A stretch of 64,000 nt of DNA, taken from positions 1,248,001 through 1,312,000 of the forward strand of contig CAWKDB010000010.1 of the NCBI GenBank assembly GCA_963848295.1, written 5' to 3'. Under the pieces are notes generated by a model, which worked only from the letters and a program-made list of their open reading frames with translations, did not search any database and was not told where the DNA came from. The DNA comes from an uncultured delta proteobacterium. GTDB lineage: Bacteria > Myxococcota_A > Polyangia > Haliangiales > Haliangiaceae. Position 1 is the first letter of the stretch. Each line of letters opens with the position of its first letter. A program made the translations under genes and the position numbers. Shown one piece after another: positions 11,246 to 20,588 of the stretch.

Positions 11246-11997
11246 AGCGTCCCGATCTGCTTGTAGATCCCGAGCTCGCTGAAGATCACGTGCGAGTTGA
11301 CATCGCGATCGAGCCAAATCAGCGGGGTCCGCTTGTCGCCCTTCACCCACGCCGCGGTCATCGCGTCGCCTTGATGCGTATCGACGAGCCGGAGCTCGCC
11401 GGTCTTCGCCGTATACACCGAGCCGGCGCTGTCGATCGCGGTGTCGAGCAGGTCGACCTGCTTCATCGCGCCCTTCTTGCCGACGAACAACCGCACGCCT
11501 TTGCCGCCGACCAGCTGATCGACGTAGTAGTAGACCGCCGACTCGTCGCGCGCGAGGAACCTCGGCCGGCGTCCGAGCAGCTCGGTCATCAGCACGTGCT
11601 TGTCGAGCGCTTGCTTCGCACGATCGCCGGTCAACAGCGTTAGCTGAGCAGTCTCGATTTCGTCGCTGCACCACCGCTCGTACGTGTTGGCTTCGGTCCG
11701 CCGCAGCAAGCCAGGCTGCATCCTCGACAGGCGCGGCGACCACGCGTCGATCTGCCACGCATCGCCGTTCGCCACGGTGCCAGTCACCCATTGCTCGTAG
11801 AGCTCTTTGCCGGTGCCGTACCACAGGCGCGAGGTTTTCCCGTGGATGAACACGTACAGCCCGCCCTTGGCATCTTGCGCGACCTGGAGCTGATCGCGGA
11901 TCGGCTTGATGTCGATCGGCTGGGGCTTGGGATCGGCGGCCGCGACCCCGGCGAATAACCCGATCACCATCGCGAGCGAGGCAAGTGATGCGCGCAT
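11230..11997 (-). CDS. Secreted hypothetical protein, paralog of 10418-11245
   Basis: Signal peptide MRASLASLAMVIGLFAGVAAA; same conserved blocks. Confidence 0.8.
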   Translation of the reverse strand: MRASLASLAMVIGLFAGVAAADPKPQPIDIKPIRDQLQVAQDAKGGLYVFIHGKTSRLWYGTGKELYEQWVTGTVANGDAWQIDAWSPRLSRMQPGLLRRTEANTYERWCSDEIETAQLTLLTGDRAKQALDKHVLMTELLGRRPRFLARDESAVYYYVDQLVGGKGVRLFVGKKGAMKQVDLLDTAIDSAGSVYTAKTGELRLVDTHQGDAMTAAWVKGDKRTPLIWLDRDVNSHVIFSELGIYKQIGTLCDDL

Positions 11998-12023
11998 GCG
12001 TGTGGCATTATACGCTCGGGGCA

Positions 12024-13775
12024 ATGGAGAATTCACCGACGCGCTCTGCGATCGATGTCGGGTCGGTGATCGCCGATACCTACACGATCGAAGGCGTCAT
12101 CGGCCGCGGTGGCATGGGCGCGGTGTTCCTCGCGAGCCACAAGCGCCTTCCCGGCAAGAAGGTCGCGATCAAGATGCTGCACGCCGACATGGGCGACGCC
12201 GAGACGCTCAAACGGTTCGAGCACGAGGCCCAGATCGCGTCGCGGCTCGGTCACCCAAATATCGTCGCGGTCCACGACTTCAACACGCTGCCCGACGGCA
12301 CGCCGTACATCGTGCTCGAGTATCTCGAGGGCGAGACCCTCGGCCAGCGCCTGCGCAGCGGCCCGATCCCACTCGAGCAAGCGCTATCGATCGTCCGCCA
12401 GATCGGCTCGGCGCTCGCCGCGGCGCATCGCGAGGGCATCGTCCATCGCGATCTCAAGCCGGCGAACATCTTCCTGGTCCCGACCGAGGTCGATGGCCGG
12501 ATCATCGAGATCGCGAAGGTCTTGGATTTCGGCATCTCGAAGATCCGCGGTTCGCAGACGGTGAAGACGCAAGAGAGCTCGCTGCTCGGCACGCCGCAGT
12601 ACATGGCGCCCGAGCAGGCGACCGGTCAGCACTCGACGGTCGACGAGCGGACCGACGTGTTCGCGCTCGGCGCGATCGTCTACGAGATGTTGTGCGGCCA
12701 CCCCGCATTCACCGGCGCGTCGATCCCCGAGGTCGTGTTCAAGGTGGTCTACGAACAGCCACCGCCGCTCGCCCAAGAAGCGCCATCGCTGCCGCCGTCG
12801 ATCGCGCTGACCGTGCAGCAGGCAATGGCGAAGCAAGCGAGCGAGCGGTTCGCGAACGTCAACGCGTTCGTCGAAGCGCTGACCGGCCAATCGGTTTCGC
12901 TCGTGCGCGCTGCCGTACCTCCGCCCGACGTGGGGTTCGCGGCCGGTTCGCACCTGCGCGGCAAGGAAGCGTTCGCGGAGACGATGGGCTCTGGCGATCA
13001 CGGCGCCGCGATCACCGGCGCCGTCGCGCAGACCGCCGCGCCGGTCGCGTCGGTCCGAGGCAGCGCGCCGACGATGCAGTCGCAGAACGGGGCGCCCGCG
13101 CCGGCGATCGCCGCCCCGCGCAAGAGATCGATCGTGCCGAAGCTGCTCGCCGCCGTCGTCATCGCGGGTGGCGCGGCAGCGGCGGTGTTCTTCGCGACCC
13201 GCGGCAGCGACCATCGCGATACAAAGACCGCGAGGGGCGAGCGGTTCGACAGGCTCGACAAAGAAGATCGCAAGGCCGAGATCCCGGTCGAGGTCGAGAG
13301 GCACGAGCCGAAGCCGCCGGCGTCGCGCGATGCCGGTGTCGTCGCAATTGCCGATGCGGACGTCGTCGCGGTCGCCAAGCCCGATGCCGGGGTCGTGGCC
13401 GCGAAGCCGGTCGTCACGGTCGATAAGAAATCGGTCTCGAAGCCCGATATCGGTGCCGCGAAGAAACCAGCGGACGAAGACGAGCAAGACAATGACAAGG
13501 ACGAGCTCGGTCAACTGCTCGAGCGCAGCGAGAAGGCGCTCAAACAGCACGACTACCGCAACGCCGAGCAATGGGCGAACTCGGTGCTCAACCGCTCGAC
13601 GCTGCCTCGGCAACAACTCCGCGCCCACCTCCAACTCGGACTGATCGCGTGCGCCAAGGCCGATCAGGGCGGTGCGCAGGTTCAACTCCGCGCGATCGGG
13701 AATCATATCGTGATGCGCCGCAAGGTGCTCAACGCGTGTCACGAGGCAGATCTCCTGAAGGGCCTCGACCACTAG
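12024..13775 (+). CDS. Membrane Ser/Thr protein kinase (Hanks type)
   Basis: GRGGMGAV, VAIK, HRDLKPAN, DFG, GTPQYMAPE; transmembrane segment; extracytoplasmic tail. Confidence 0.96.
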   Translation: MENSPTRSAIDVGSVIADTYTIEGVIGRGGMGAVFLASHKRLPGKKVAIKMLHADMGDAETLKRFEHEAQIASRLGHPNIVAVHDFNTLPDGTPYIVLEYLEGETLGQRLRSGPIPLEQALSIVRQIGSALAAAHREGIVHRDLKPANIFLVPTEVDGRIIEIAKVLDFGISKIRGSQTVKTQESSLLGTPQYMAPEQATGQHSTVDERTDVFALGAIVYEMLCGHPAFTGASIPEVVFKVVYEQPPPLAQEAPSLPPSIALTVQQAMAKQASERFANVNAFVEALTGQSVSLVRAAVPPPDVGFAAGSHLRGKEAFAETMGSGDHGAAITGAVAQTAAPVASVRGSAPTMQSQNGAPAPAIAAPRKRSIVPKLLAAVVIAGGAAAAVFFATRGSDHRDTKTARGERFDRLDKEDRKAEIPVEVERHEPKPPASRDAGVVAIADADVVAVAKPDAGVVAAKPVVTVDKKSVSKPDIGAAKKPADEDEQDNDKDELGQLLERSEKALKQHDYRNAEQWANSVLNRSTLPRQQLRAHLQLGLIACAKADQGGAQVQLRAIGNHIVMRRKVLNACHEADLLKGLDH

Positions 13776-14197
13776 TGGATCATCAAGACGACGCGACGCT
13801 CGGCTGCAGGGCTCGCGATCGTGAGGTCGACGTAGCGGCCCTTCGCGCCCGCGGCTGATGCGACCTCGGCGAGCGCGACTCTCGGATCGATGGTGCGCTG
13901 ATCGTCGACCGTAGCGATCCGCTCGTCACTGCGCAGGCGGAGCAGCGCGACGAGGTCGCTCGGCGTCGCCGCCGATGCGGCATCGATCACCGTCGCCGAT
14001 GGCCCCCGTGCGCGCGGCCACAGTACGTGCCGGCCCGCCGACGCCCGCAGCGATCGGACCGCACCACGATCCGGCGGCGCCGCCGACCGGGAGCACGCCG
14101 CGGCCGGCGAGACCTGAATCACGACCGCCGGTCGCATCGCGATGACGACGAAACACGCGGCGAGCAGCCCGAGCGCGAACGAGCGAAACATCAGCAT
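13772..14197 (-). CDS. Hypothetical exported protein, degenerate PDZ-like C-terminus
   Basis: Hydrophobic N-terminus; LRLRSDERIATVDD resembles the PDZ GL..GD.I..VDG pattern; sigma54 promoter 15 nt upstream. Confidence 0.55.
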   Translation of the reverse strand: MLMFRSFALGLLAACFVVIAMRPAVVIQVSPAAACSRSAAPPDRGAVRSLRASAGRHVLWPRARGPSATVIDAASAATPSDLVALLRLRSDERIATVDDQRTIDPRVALAEVASAAGAKGRYVDLTIASPAAERRVVLMIH

Positions 14198-14210
14198 GCC
14201 TCGGGTGGGT

Positions 14211-14226
14211 TGCAACGCTCCGGCCA
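14211..14226 (-). promoter_or_regulatory. Sigma54 (-24/-12) promoter
   Basis: TGGCCGGAGCGTTGCA on the minus strand (GG-N10-GC). Confidence 0.65.
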
Positions 14227-14287
14227 AGCCGGGCATAGCCGAATCGCGCGGTTATCGTCGGAGGCGCACGGTCGCGCTGCCAGGCTG

Positions 14288-14347
14288 GGTGGTGTCCTAA
14301 TTTGAAATTGTCATCGTGGCACGGCGAAATCAAATTAGGACACCACC
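14288..14347. mobile_element. MITE-like element: 18-bp perfect terminal inverted repeats, 8-bp flanking direct repeat
   Basis: GGTGGTGTCCTAATTTGA (14288-14305) / TCAAATTAGGACACCACC (14330-14347), flanked by CCAGGCTG at 14280-14287 and 14348-14355. Confidence 0.7.
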
Positions 14348-14368
14348 CCAGGCTGACACGCGGCGCCG

Positions 14369-14839
14369 TTACTTGTGCACTTGCTGCGCGAGGTAGTTCT
14401 GCTCGCCGATCTGGCGGATCAGCTCGAGCTGGCTCTCGATCCAGTCGGTGTGCTCCTCTTCGGACACCAGGATCTTCGTCATCATCGACTCGGTCGAGTT
14501 GTCGTGCGCCGCGCGCGCTGCGTCGATGCCCTGGTTGAGGAACTGGATCGCCGAGTACTCGAGCGCGAGGTCGCTCTCGAGCTGCTCCTTGACCGTCTCG
14601 CCGACGCGCAGCTTGCCGTAGCGCTGGAGGTTCGGGACGCCCTCGAGGAACAGGATCCGGGTGATGACGATATCGGCGTGGCGCATCTCGTCGATCGACT
14701 CGTCGCGCAGCTTCGCGGCGAGCCGGTCGTAACCCCAGTTCGCCAGCATCTTCGAGTGCACGAAGTACTGGTTGATCGCGGTCAGCTCGTTCGTGAGGAG
14801 CTGATTCAACAGATCGAGGATCGCTTCGTTACCCTTCAT
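14369..14839 (-). CDS. bfr: Bacterioferritin
   Basis: MKG...ELTAINQYFVHSKM..WG..ESIDEMRHAD..EEEH ferroxidase motifs. Confidence 0.97.
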   Translation of the reverse strand: MKGNEAILDLLNQLLTNELTAINQYFVHSKMLANWGYDRLAAKLRDESIDEMRHADIVITRILFLEGVPNLQRYGKLRVGETVKEQLESDLALEYSAIQFLNQGIDAARAAHDNSTESMMTKILVSEEEHTDWIESQLELIRQIGEQNYLAQQVHK

Positions 14840-14881
14840 GCGGGCGCGAGCGTACCACCATCGCGATCAGCACCGAACGGC

Positions 14882-15097
14882 TCAACGACCGCCGAGCGTG
14901 ACCAGCTCGTTGCCGCGATCGCGCGGACAACCAGCGGCACCCTTCGACGCCAACCGCTCGCGTAGCGCGCCGACACACGCACCGCAGCCGGTCCCGGCGC
15001 CGCAGCGCTGCGAGATTTCCTGGACGGTCCGCGCACCCTCGTCGATGATCGCGTCGACATCGCGATCCGAGATGGGATGACAGACGCACAAGATCAT
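14882..15097 (-). CDS. bfd: Bacterioferritin-associated [2Fe-2S] ferredoxin
   Basis: MILCVCH...GTGCGAC; directly upstream of bfr. Confidence 0.9.
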   Translation of the reverse strand: MILCVCHPISDRDVDAIIDEGARTVQEISQRCGAGTGCGACVGALRERLASKGAAGCPRDRGNELVTLGGR

Positions 15098-15104
15098 CTT
15101 GAAT

Positions 15105-15121
15105 TTGATAATGCATTTCAA
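15105..15121. promoter_or_regulatory. Candidate Fur box upstream of bfd
   Basis: TTGATAATGCATTTCAA, AT-rich near-palindrome 8 bp before the bfd start codon. Confidence 0.7.
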
Positions 15122-15209
15122 AACTGCTTTGGTCAAGCCCGATCCGGGCGTCACGCAACCTTACGATTTTATGAGGAGATCTAGTCAGGCGCGGCGTTAT
15201 ACTCGCCGA

Positions 15210-16061
15210 GTGTTTCGGCTCGCGCTGGTGCTCGTGCTCGTCGCGTGCAGTAAGCGCGCGGTGCCGGCGATCGTCGAAGCGCCCGGCATCACCGTCACGA
15301 AGCTCGGCGCCGAGCCGCGGCGCACGCTCGTCTATCACCCGGTCAAAGGCGCGCACGCCGCGCTCGAGCTCGTCGTCGAGATGAGCCTGCACGCCGGCGA
15401 GCTCGGTGGCCCGCCGCTCACGATGATCGTGCAGCTCGAGACCGCCGCCGATGACGTGCTCGCCGACGGACGGATCAAGCTGCGCACCAAGGTCGATAGC
15501 GCCGCGCTGCGCGATCCGCCGGCCGAGCTGCCGCCGGATACGCAACACGCGGTCGACCAGCTCGCCGGCATCGCGATCACCGCGACGCTGTCGCCCGACG
15601 GCAAGATCGACGAGCCGCAGCTCGACGTCGCGGGAAAGACGTTGCCGCCCGGCGCCGACGAGCAGATGCGCGCGATCCTCGACGGCTACGAGCAGGTCGC
15701 GATGGTGTTGCCACACGCGCCGATCGGCGTGGGCGCCCAGTGGAAGAGCACGCGGACGATCGCGCAGGGAGGGCTGACGATGACCGCCACCACGACGGTC
15801 GGATTGTCCGCGCTCGACGGCAATCGCGCGACCTATGCGATCGCGACCGAGATCACCGGCGTCGACCAGACGGTCGGCAGCGGCGACACGGCGATCGCGG
15901 TGAGCGGCATCCACGGCACCGGCACCGGCACCGGCTCGATCGACCTGACCACGCTCGCGATGTCAGGCGATCTCGCGACAACGGTCGAGAGCACGATGAC
16001 CGCGCAGGGTCAGCCCGAGAAGATGTCGATGTCGGTGCACCGGACGTTCAAGACGCCTTAG
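15210..16061 (+). CDS. Hypothetical lipoprotein, beta-rich
   Basis: LVAC lipobox; GAEPRR.L.Y and LP..PIGVGAQW motifs typical of a conserved family. Confidence 0.75.
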   Translation: MFRLALVLVLVACSKRAVPAIVEAPGITVTKLGAEPRRTLVYHPVKGAHAALELVVEMSLHAGELGGPPLTMIVQLETAADDVLADGRIKLRTKVDSAALRDPPAELPPDTQHAVDQLAGIAITATLSPDGKIDEPQLDVAGKTLPPGADEQMRAILDGYEQVAMVLPHAPIGVGAQWKSTRTIAQGGLTMTATTTVGLSALDGNRATYAIATEITGVDQTVGSGDTAIAVSGIHGTGTGTGSIDLTTLAMSGDLATTVESTMTAQGQPEKMSMSVHRTFKTP

Positions 16062-16201
16062 CTTCTCGCCATCGACTCGCGCGCGGTGTCACGCGCGTGT
16101 AACCGCGGGCGTTCGAACGGACGACCGAGATTCGCGACACCACCGTCCGGATCGCCGCCCGAATCAGCGGATCGGCCGGCTCTGATCGCGGAGTTGCCGC
16201 G

Positions 16202-16217
16202 TGGCACGAGCGTTGCG
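16202..16217 (+). promoter_or_regulatory. Sigma54 promoter
   Basis: TGGCACGAGCGTTGCG, near-perfect consensus. Confidence 0.75.
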
Positions 16218-16229
16218 ATACGGCTTGCG

Positions 16230-16529
16230 ATGCGATCGCTTGTCCTTGTTCTCTGCGCTGCCTGCACCTCCTCCAACCCCACGCCTACGCCGCTCGAAGG
16301 CGCGATCTCTTGCGGCCCCACGTTGACCTGTGGCAGCGGCCAGATCTGCTTCAGCAAAGAGTCGGGCAGTCTGTGCGACGTAAACGCCGACGCGGGGATC
16401 GGCCAGTACCAGGATTTCGGATGGACCTGCGAGAGTCTCCCCGCAGAGTGCGATGGAGTCACTCGGGACTGCTTTCCGGGCGCGGACGTGTCGAACGACG
16501 GGCGTTACGTCACCGACCTTTGCATCTAA
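16230..16529 (+). CDS. Small Cys-rich lipoprotein
   Basis: MRSLVLVLCAAC signal; 8 further Cys; preceded by a sigma54 promoter. Confidence 0.65.
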   Translation: MRSLVLVLCAACTSSNPTPTPLEGAISCGPTLTCGSGQICFSKESGSLCDVNADAGIGQYQDFGWTCESLPAECDGVTRDCFPGADVSNDGRYVTDLCI

Positions 16530-16548
16530 CGAACGCTCACGAGCGGCA

Positions 16549-17037
16549 TCACGGCGCGCAGAGTGCGCCGTACTTCTTGCAGCTGCCGCCCGCGATCTCG
16601 TCGCAATGATGGTGCAACCCATCGGCGACGTCGAACATGCACGCGCTCGCCGGCGCGCACGCCGCGGCCCACGCGAGGCACTTGCCCTCGACAGGACTCG
16701 AGCATCGCTTGTAGCTGTGATCCACCGGATCGAACATGCATGCGCCCTCCGGCGTGCACGGCGCGCCGAAGTGAAAGCACGCTCCGGCGCCGCCGGCGAG
16801 GCACTTGAAGTAGCCCGCCGCTCCGGCGTGAAAAGCGCACGTCGGTGTCGCGCAGCCGATGTCGGGCAGAGCGGCGGCGATCACCGTCGCGGGCTTCATC
16901 GCCTTCGCGGGCTTCGCGACCGCCTTGGGCGCCGCGGCGATCACCGGAGGTGACGTGCGTTTGGCCTCAGGAGCGGCGCCGCCGCACGCGATCGTGACCA
17001 GCCCGAGAGCGAGGACAATCACGGCGATCCGCTGCAC
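16549..17037 (-). CDS. Cys-rich repeat lipoprotein
   Basis: TIAC lipobox; three ~33-aa Cys repeats (C..C.F......C......C......C). Confidence 0.7.
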   Translation of the reverse strand: MQRIAVIVLALGLVTIACGGAAPEAKRTSPPVIAAAPKAVAKPAKAMKPATVIAAALPDIGCATPTCAFHAGAAGYFKCLAGGAGACFHFGAPCTPEGACMFDPVDHSYKRCSSPVEGKCLAWAAACAPASACMFDVADGLHHHCDEIAGGSCKKYGALCAP

Positions 17038-17109
17038 CGGTCGGTTATAGCCCGGGTTGCACCGAAATCACCTGGGACCGCCAAGCCCACTTCGTGTAGG
17101 TTCGCCGCG

Positions 17110-19053
17110 ATGAAGGCCGCAGCATTTGTCGTTGCGATCGGAGCCGTGGCTGCCTGCAACGGCGACGTATCGCTCCCGATCAAAGCCGAGTGCAACCCGC
17201 TCGGCGGCAACCACTGCCTGACGCCTTGGCCGAGCTCCGCGTACGAGGTCGCCGACGCGACCACGATGACCGGTCGCCACCTCGCGATTCCGATGGGCGC
17301 GTTGCCGAAGAACTTCGAAGGCGATCCGTCCGATCCGGCGATGTGGAACCTCGCGGACGGATTCTCGCCCGCCGCGCCGATCGTGCTGTCGATGGACAGT
17401 GGGTTCTCGGTCGAGGGTTTGCCGACGCTCGACGATTACGACCCGTCACTCGCGGCGGATAGCCCGACCGTGATCCTCGACATGACGACGGGCGAGCGCG
17501 TGCCTCACTTCGCCGAGATCGATTCGCAGGCGACCGAGCTCGATCAACAGGCGCTGTTCCTGCGTCCCGCGATGCGTCTGACCAGCGGCCATCGCTACGC
17601 GGTCGCGTTGACGAAGGCGGTCAAGGCCGCCGATGGCAGCGATCTCGTGATCCCGCCGGGGTTCGCCGCGCTGCGCGACGGCAAGCACACCGATAACGCG
17701 TTGCTCGAGGCGATGCGTCCGCGGTTCGGCGACGTGCTGTCCGCGCTGTCGGCCGCAGGGTACGACGCCTCGGATCTCGTCGTCGCGTGGGACTTCACGG
17801 TCGCGTCCGATGACTTCTTGCACCGCGAGATGATCGCGACCCGCGATCGCACGATCGCCGCGCTCGCTACCCACCCGATCGGCTACACGATCACGGTCGA
17901 TCAGCCGATCGACGACGGCATGATGATCAAGCGCAAGATCATCGGCACGCTCGATGCCCCGTTGTTCTTGTCGAACGGCGGCAGCGTCGATCCCGGCACG
18001 GTGATGGTGCTCGACGCCGATGGCCTGCCGACGGTGCAGGGCTTCTATCAGATTCCGTTCACCGCGATCGTTCCAGCGTGCGCGTACACGTCGCCGACGC
18101 CGGTCGGCATGGTGATGTACGGCCACGGCCTGCTCGGCGATTCGACCGAGACCGCGGACAGCGTGCAGCAGACCACCGCGATCGAGCTGTGCAACGTGTT
18201 CGTGGGCACCGACATGCGCGGGATGTCGCAGAACGACACCGCAGCAGTCGGCCGCGCGCTCAACGAGATCGATCGCGCCGACGAAGTGATGGAGGTGCTC
18301 GAGCAGGGCATCGCGAATCACGTCACGCTCGAGACCGCGATGCGCACGACGTTCGCGCAGACGCTGTTCGTCGATGCGGCGAACGCGAACAAGGTGCTCG
18401 TCGATCCGACGATCGTCAACTACTACGGGCTGTCGCAGGGCGGCATCCTCGGCACGTCGGTGATGGCGTACGACCCGACGATCATGCGAGCGGTGCTCGG
18501 CGTCGGCGCGGCGAACTATTCGATGCTGCTAGATCGCTCGGCCGACTGGCCGCAGTACCGCGAGATCTTGAACGGCGGTTACCCCGACGCGCTCGACGAC
18601 ACGATGGCGATCAGCTTGTTCCAGATGCGGTGGGACAAGACCGAAGCCTCGGGCATCTCGAACAGCGTGCTCGCGGGCACCGAGACCGGCGTGCCGCCGA
18701 AGCAGCTGCTCATGCAGATCGCGCTGTCCGACGAGCAGGTCCCGAACATCGGCAGCTACTGGCAGGCGCGGACGATGGGCATTCCGGTGCTCGGCCCGAC
18801 GCCGTTCACGCCATGGGGGCTGTCGGTGCAGCCGACGCCGCTCGCCGGCGGCAGCGCGATGATCATCATGGACGGCGGCGCCCCACCCGCGCCGATCACG
18901 AACATCCCGGCGCCGATGCAGGACCCGAGCATGCACGACCTGACGCGGACGCAACCGGCGACGCGGCGCCAGATCAAGGACTTCTTCACGACCGGCGCGA
19001 TCGTGAACGAGTGCACCGGCGCGTGCGAATGTCAGAGCGGCGCGTGCAACTGA
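17110..19053 (+). CDS. Lipoprotein with Ig-like N-terminus and alpha/beta-hydrolase (lipase-like) domain
   Basis: Lipobox; ADGFSP; YGHGLLG oxyanion region; GLSQGG nucleophile elbow; DEQVPN; C-terminal His. Confidence 0.8.
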   Translation: MKAAAFVVAIGAVAACNGDVSLPIKAECNPLGGNHCLTPWPSSAYEVADATTMTGRHLAIPMGALPKNFEGDPSDPAMWNLADGFSPAAPIVLSMDSGFSVEGLPTLDDYDPSLAADSPTVILDMTTGERVPHFAEIDSQATELDQQALFLRPAMRLTSGHRYAVALTKAVKAADGSDLVIPPGFAALRDGKHTDNALLEAMRPRFGDVLSALSAAGYDASDLVVAWDFTVASDDFLHREMIATRDRTIAALATHPIGYTITVDQPIDDGMMIKRKIIGTLDAPLFLSNGGSVDPGTVMVLDADGLPTVQGFYQIPFTAIVPACAYTSPTPVGMVMYGHGLLGDSTETADSVQQTTAIELCNVFVGTDMRGMSQNDTAAVGRALNEIDRADEVMEVLEQGIANHVTLETAMRTTFAQTLFVDAANANKVLVDPTIVNYYGLSQGGILGTSVMAYDPTIMRAVLGVGAANYSMLLDRSADWPQYREILNGGYPDALDDTMAISLFQMRWDKTEASGISNSVLAGTETGVPPKQLLMQIALSDEQVPNIGSYWQARTMGIPVLGPTPFTPWGLSVQPTPLAGGSAMIIMDGGAPPAPITNIPAPMQDPSMHDLTRTQPATRRQIKDFFTTGAIVNECTGACECQSGACN

Positions 19054-19055
19054 TC

Positions 19056-19355
19056 GTGCGTGCGCCGATCGCCTTCGCGTTGCTGTTCGCGTGCAGTTCC
19101 GCCGCGCCGCCGGCCGCCGCACCTGCGCCGAAAGCGCGCGTCGTCAAGCAGCTCGAGGTCAGCGCGCATCACGGCCACGCGTGTCAGACCCAGGCCGACT
19201 GCGCTCCCGATGCGGTGTGCGGGACGACCCAGATCTGTCGCCAGCGCTGCGACCCTGACCACGACATGTGCGCCGGCGACGGCCACGCCGCGAGCCGGCA
19301 ATGCGAAGCGACCGGCAGCGGCGGGCTATGCGAGCTCGCCGGCGCCGGCGAATAA
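19056..19355 (+). CDS. Small Cys-rich lipoprotein
   Basis: GTG 2 nt after the upstream stop, LFAC lipobox, 8 Cys. Confidence 0.65.
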   Translation: MRAPIAFALLFACSSAAPPAAAPAPKARVVKQLEVSAHHGHACQTQADCAPDAVCGTTQICRQRCDPDHDMCAGDGHAASRQCEATGSGGLCELAGAGE

Positions 19356-19380
19356 CGCACCTGATCGCAGAGGGTTAACT

Positions 19381-19446
19381 GGGGACGGAGTAACCTTTGA
19401 CAACCTTCTCACGGCGGAGAAAGTTGACAAAAGTCACTCCGTCTCC
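19381..19446. repeat. Inverted pair of 24-bp GGGGACG..GTCAAC repeats (imperfect 30-bp stem)
   Basis: ggggacggagtaacctttgacaaccttctc / gagaaagttgacaaaagtcactccgtctcc, between convergent genes. Confidence 0.8.
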
Positions 19447-19449
19447 GCA

Positions 19450-20511
19450 CTACCGGACGGTGACGCCGGCCGGTTGAGAGCAGGCGTCGTTCGGCTGATA
19501 GATGATGCCGGCTTCGAGGGTGGGCGCGCTCGCGCTGGGGTCGGTCGGTTGCAAGTCGTACGACGCGGTGACTTGCACGCCCCAGTTGCAGCTCGGCTTG
19601 TAGGTCGCCGATGCCCAGAGCGGGACCGTGAAGTCGCCTTCGATCGGGCCCGGTTTGGAGATAGAGCTCGGCGTCGGCGTGAACTGGTTGAGGATGTACA
19701 TGTCGCCCCCGATGCCCGAGCCGAACGCGAGCGCGACATCGTGCAGCGGGATGCGATAGCCGGCGCGCAGCTCTGCACCGAAGTGGAGCGCATCGATATT
19801 CGTCGCTTGGCCGCCGACATTACCGGCGATGGTGCCCGCGCCCCAGTGGGTATCGCCCGCGATCACGATGTGCCGGCGCTCGAGCCCACCGCTGTAGTAG
19901 AAGCCGGTGAACTGCGTGCCTTGCAGCGCGTAGCGCGCAGGATCGGTGCCGACGAAGGTCGCGGTCCCGATCTCGCCCGCACGCCACGTCGAGTATGCCC
20001 CGAGCACCTGAGTGAACCCGTTCGGCGCCGCGGCGGTGCCGAGCAACGCCGGATCGCTGATCGCGAGGCGACCGTCGACAAACCGCGGGCCGAGCGCCGG
20101 GATCTCGATGTCTCCTTCGTACGGCGTGCAACCGGGCGCCGAGATCGTGACGTGGTGGTGGCCCGACGAGCCCACGACGTAGCCCTCGTCAGTCGGCACC
20201 CAGCCTTCGATCGGGTTGCCGTGCTTGGTGTAGCCGACCGTCGCGTTGACGCCGTTGAGACCGACCGCGTTGGCGCGGGTGCCATCGACCACGACGGCGA
20301 GCCCCTCGTCAGCGGTCGCGAAGTAGTCGGCACACGATAGGCTGACTCGGAGGTTGCCGCCGAACGCGGCGGGCGAGTACGAGCCCGCGAACGACTGTAC
20401 GAGCGGCGACTGGGTCGGATCGGGAGGCGCAGCCGCGGTCTCCGAGGGTTGGGCCGCGGCGACCGAGCTGACCAGGCCGACGACGGTGACGACGAGACGG
20501 TTGATTCGCAT
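19450..20511 (-). CDS. Secreted protein: PEGA-like domain plus probable outer-membrane beta-barrel
   Basis: Signal peptide; VVVDG..GHHHVTISAPG PEGA-like pattern; alternating aromatic beta-strands in the C-terminal half. Confidence 0.6.
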   Translation of the reverse strand: MRINRLVVTVVGLVSSVAAAQPSETAAAPPDPTQSPLVQSFAGSYSPAAFGGNLRVSLSCADYFATADEGLAVVVDGTRANAVGLNGVNATVGYTKHGNPIEGWVPTDEGYVVGSSGHHHVTISAPGCTPYEGDIEIPALGPRFVDGRLAISDPALLGTAAAPNGFTQVLGAYSTWRAGEIGTATFVGTDPARYALQGTQFTGFYYSGGLERRHIVIAGDTHWGAGTIAGNVGGQATNIDALHFGAELRAGYRIPLHDVALAFGSGIGGDMYILNQFTPTPSSISKPGPIEGDFTVPLWASATYKPSCNWGVQVTASYDLQPTDPSASAPTLEAGIIYQPNDACSQPAGVTVR

Positions 20512-20588
20512 GTGTGGACCATGCGAATCGCGCCGTGCGCCACCGTTGCGTTGGTGTTGCGCTGTTTAAAGCGCCAACAGCGCCGTGA

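Noticed and set aside
20512..20545. Sigma54 promoter for the 19450-20511 gene
   Set aside because: GG to GC spacing is 8, not the required 10
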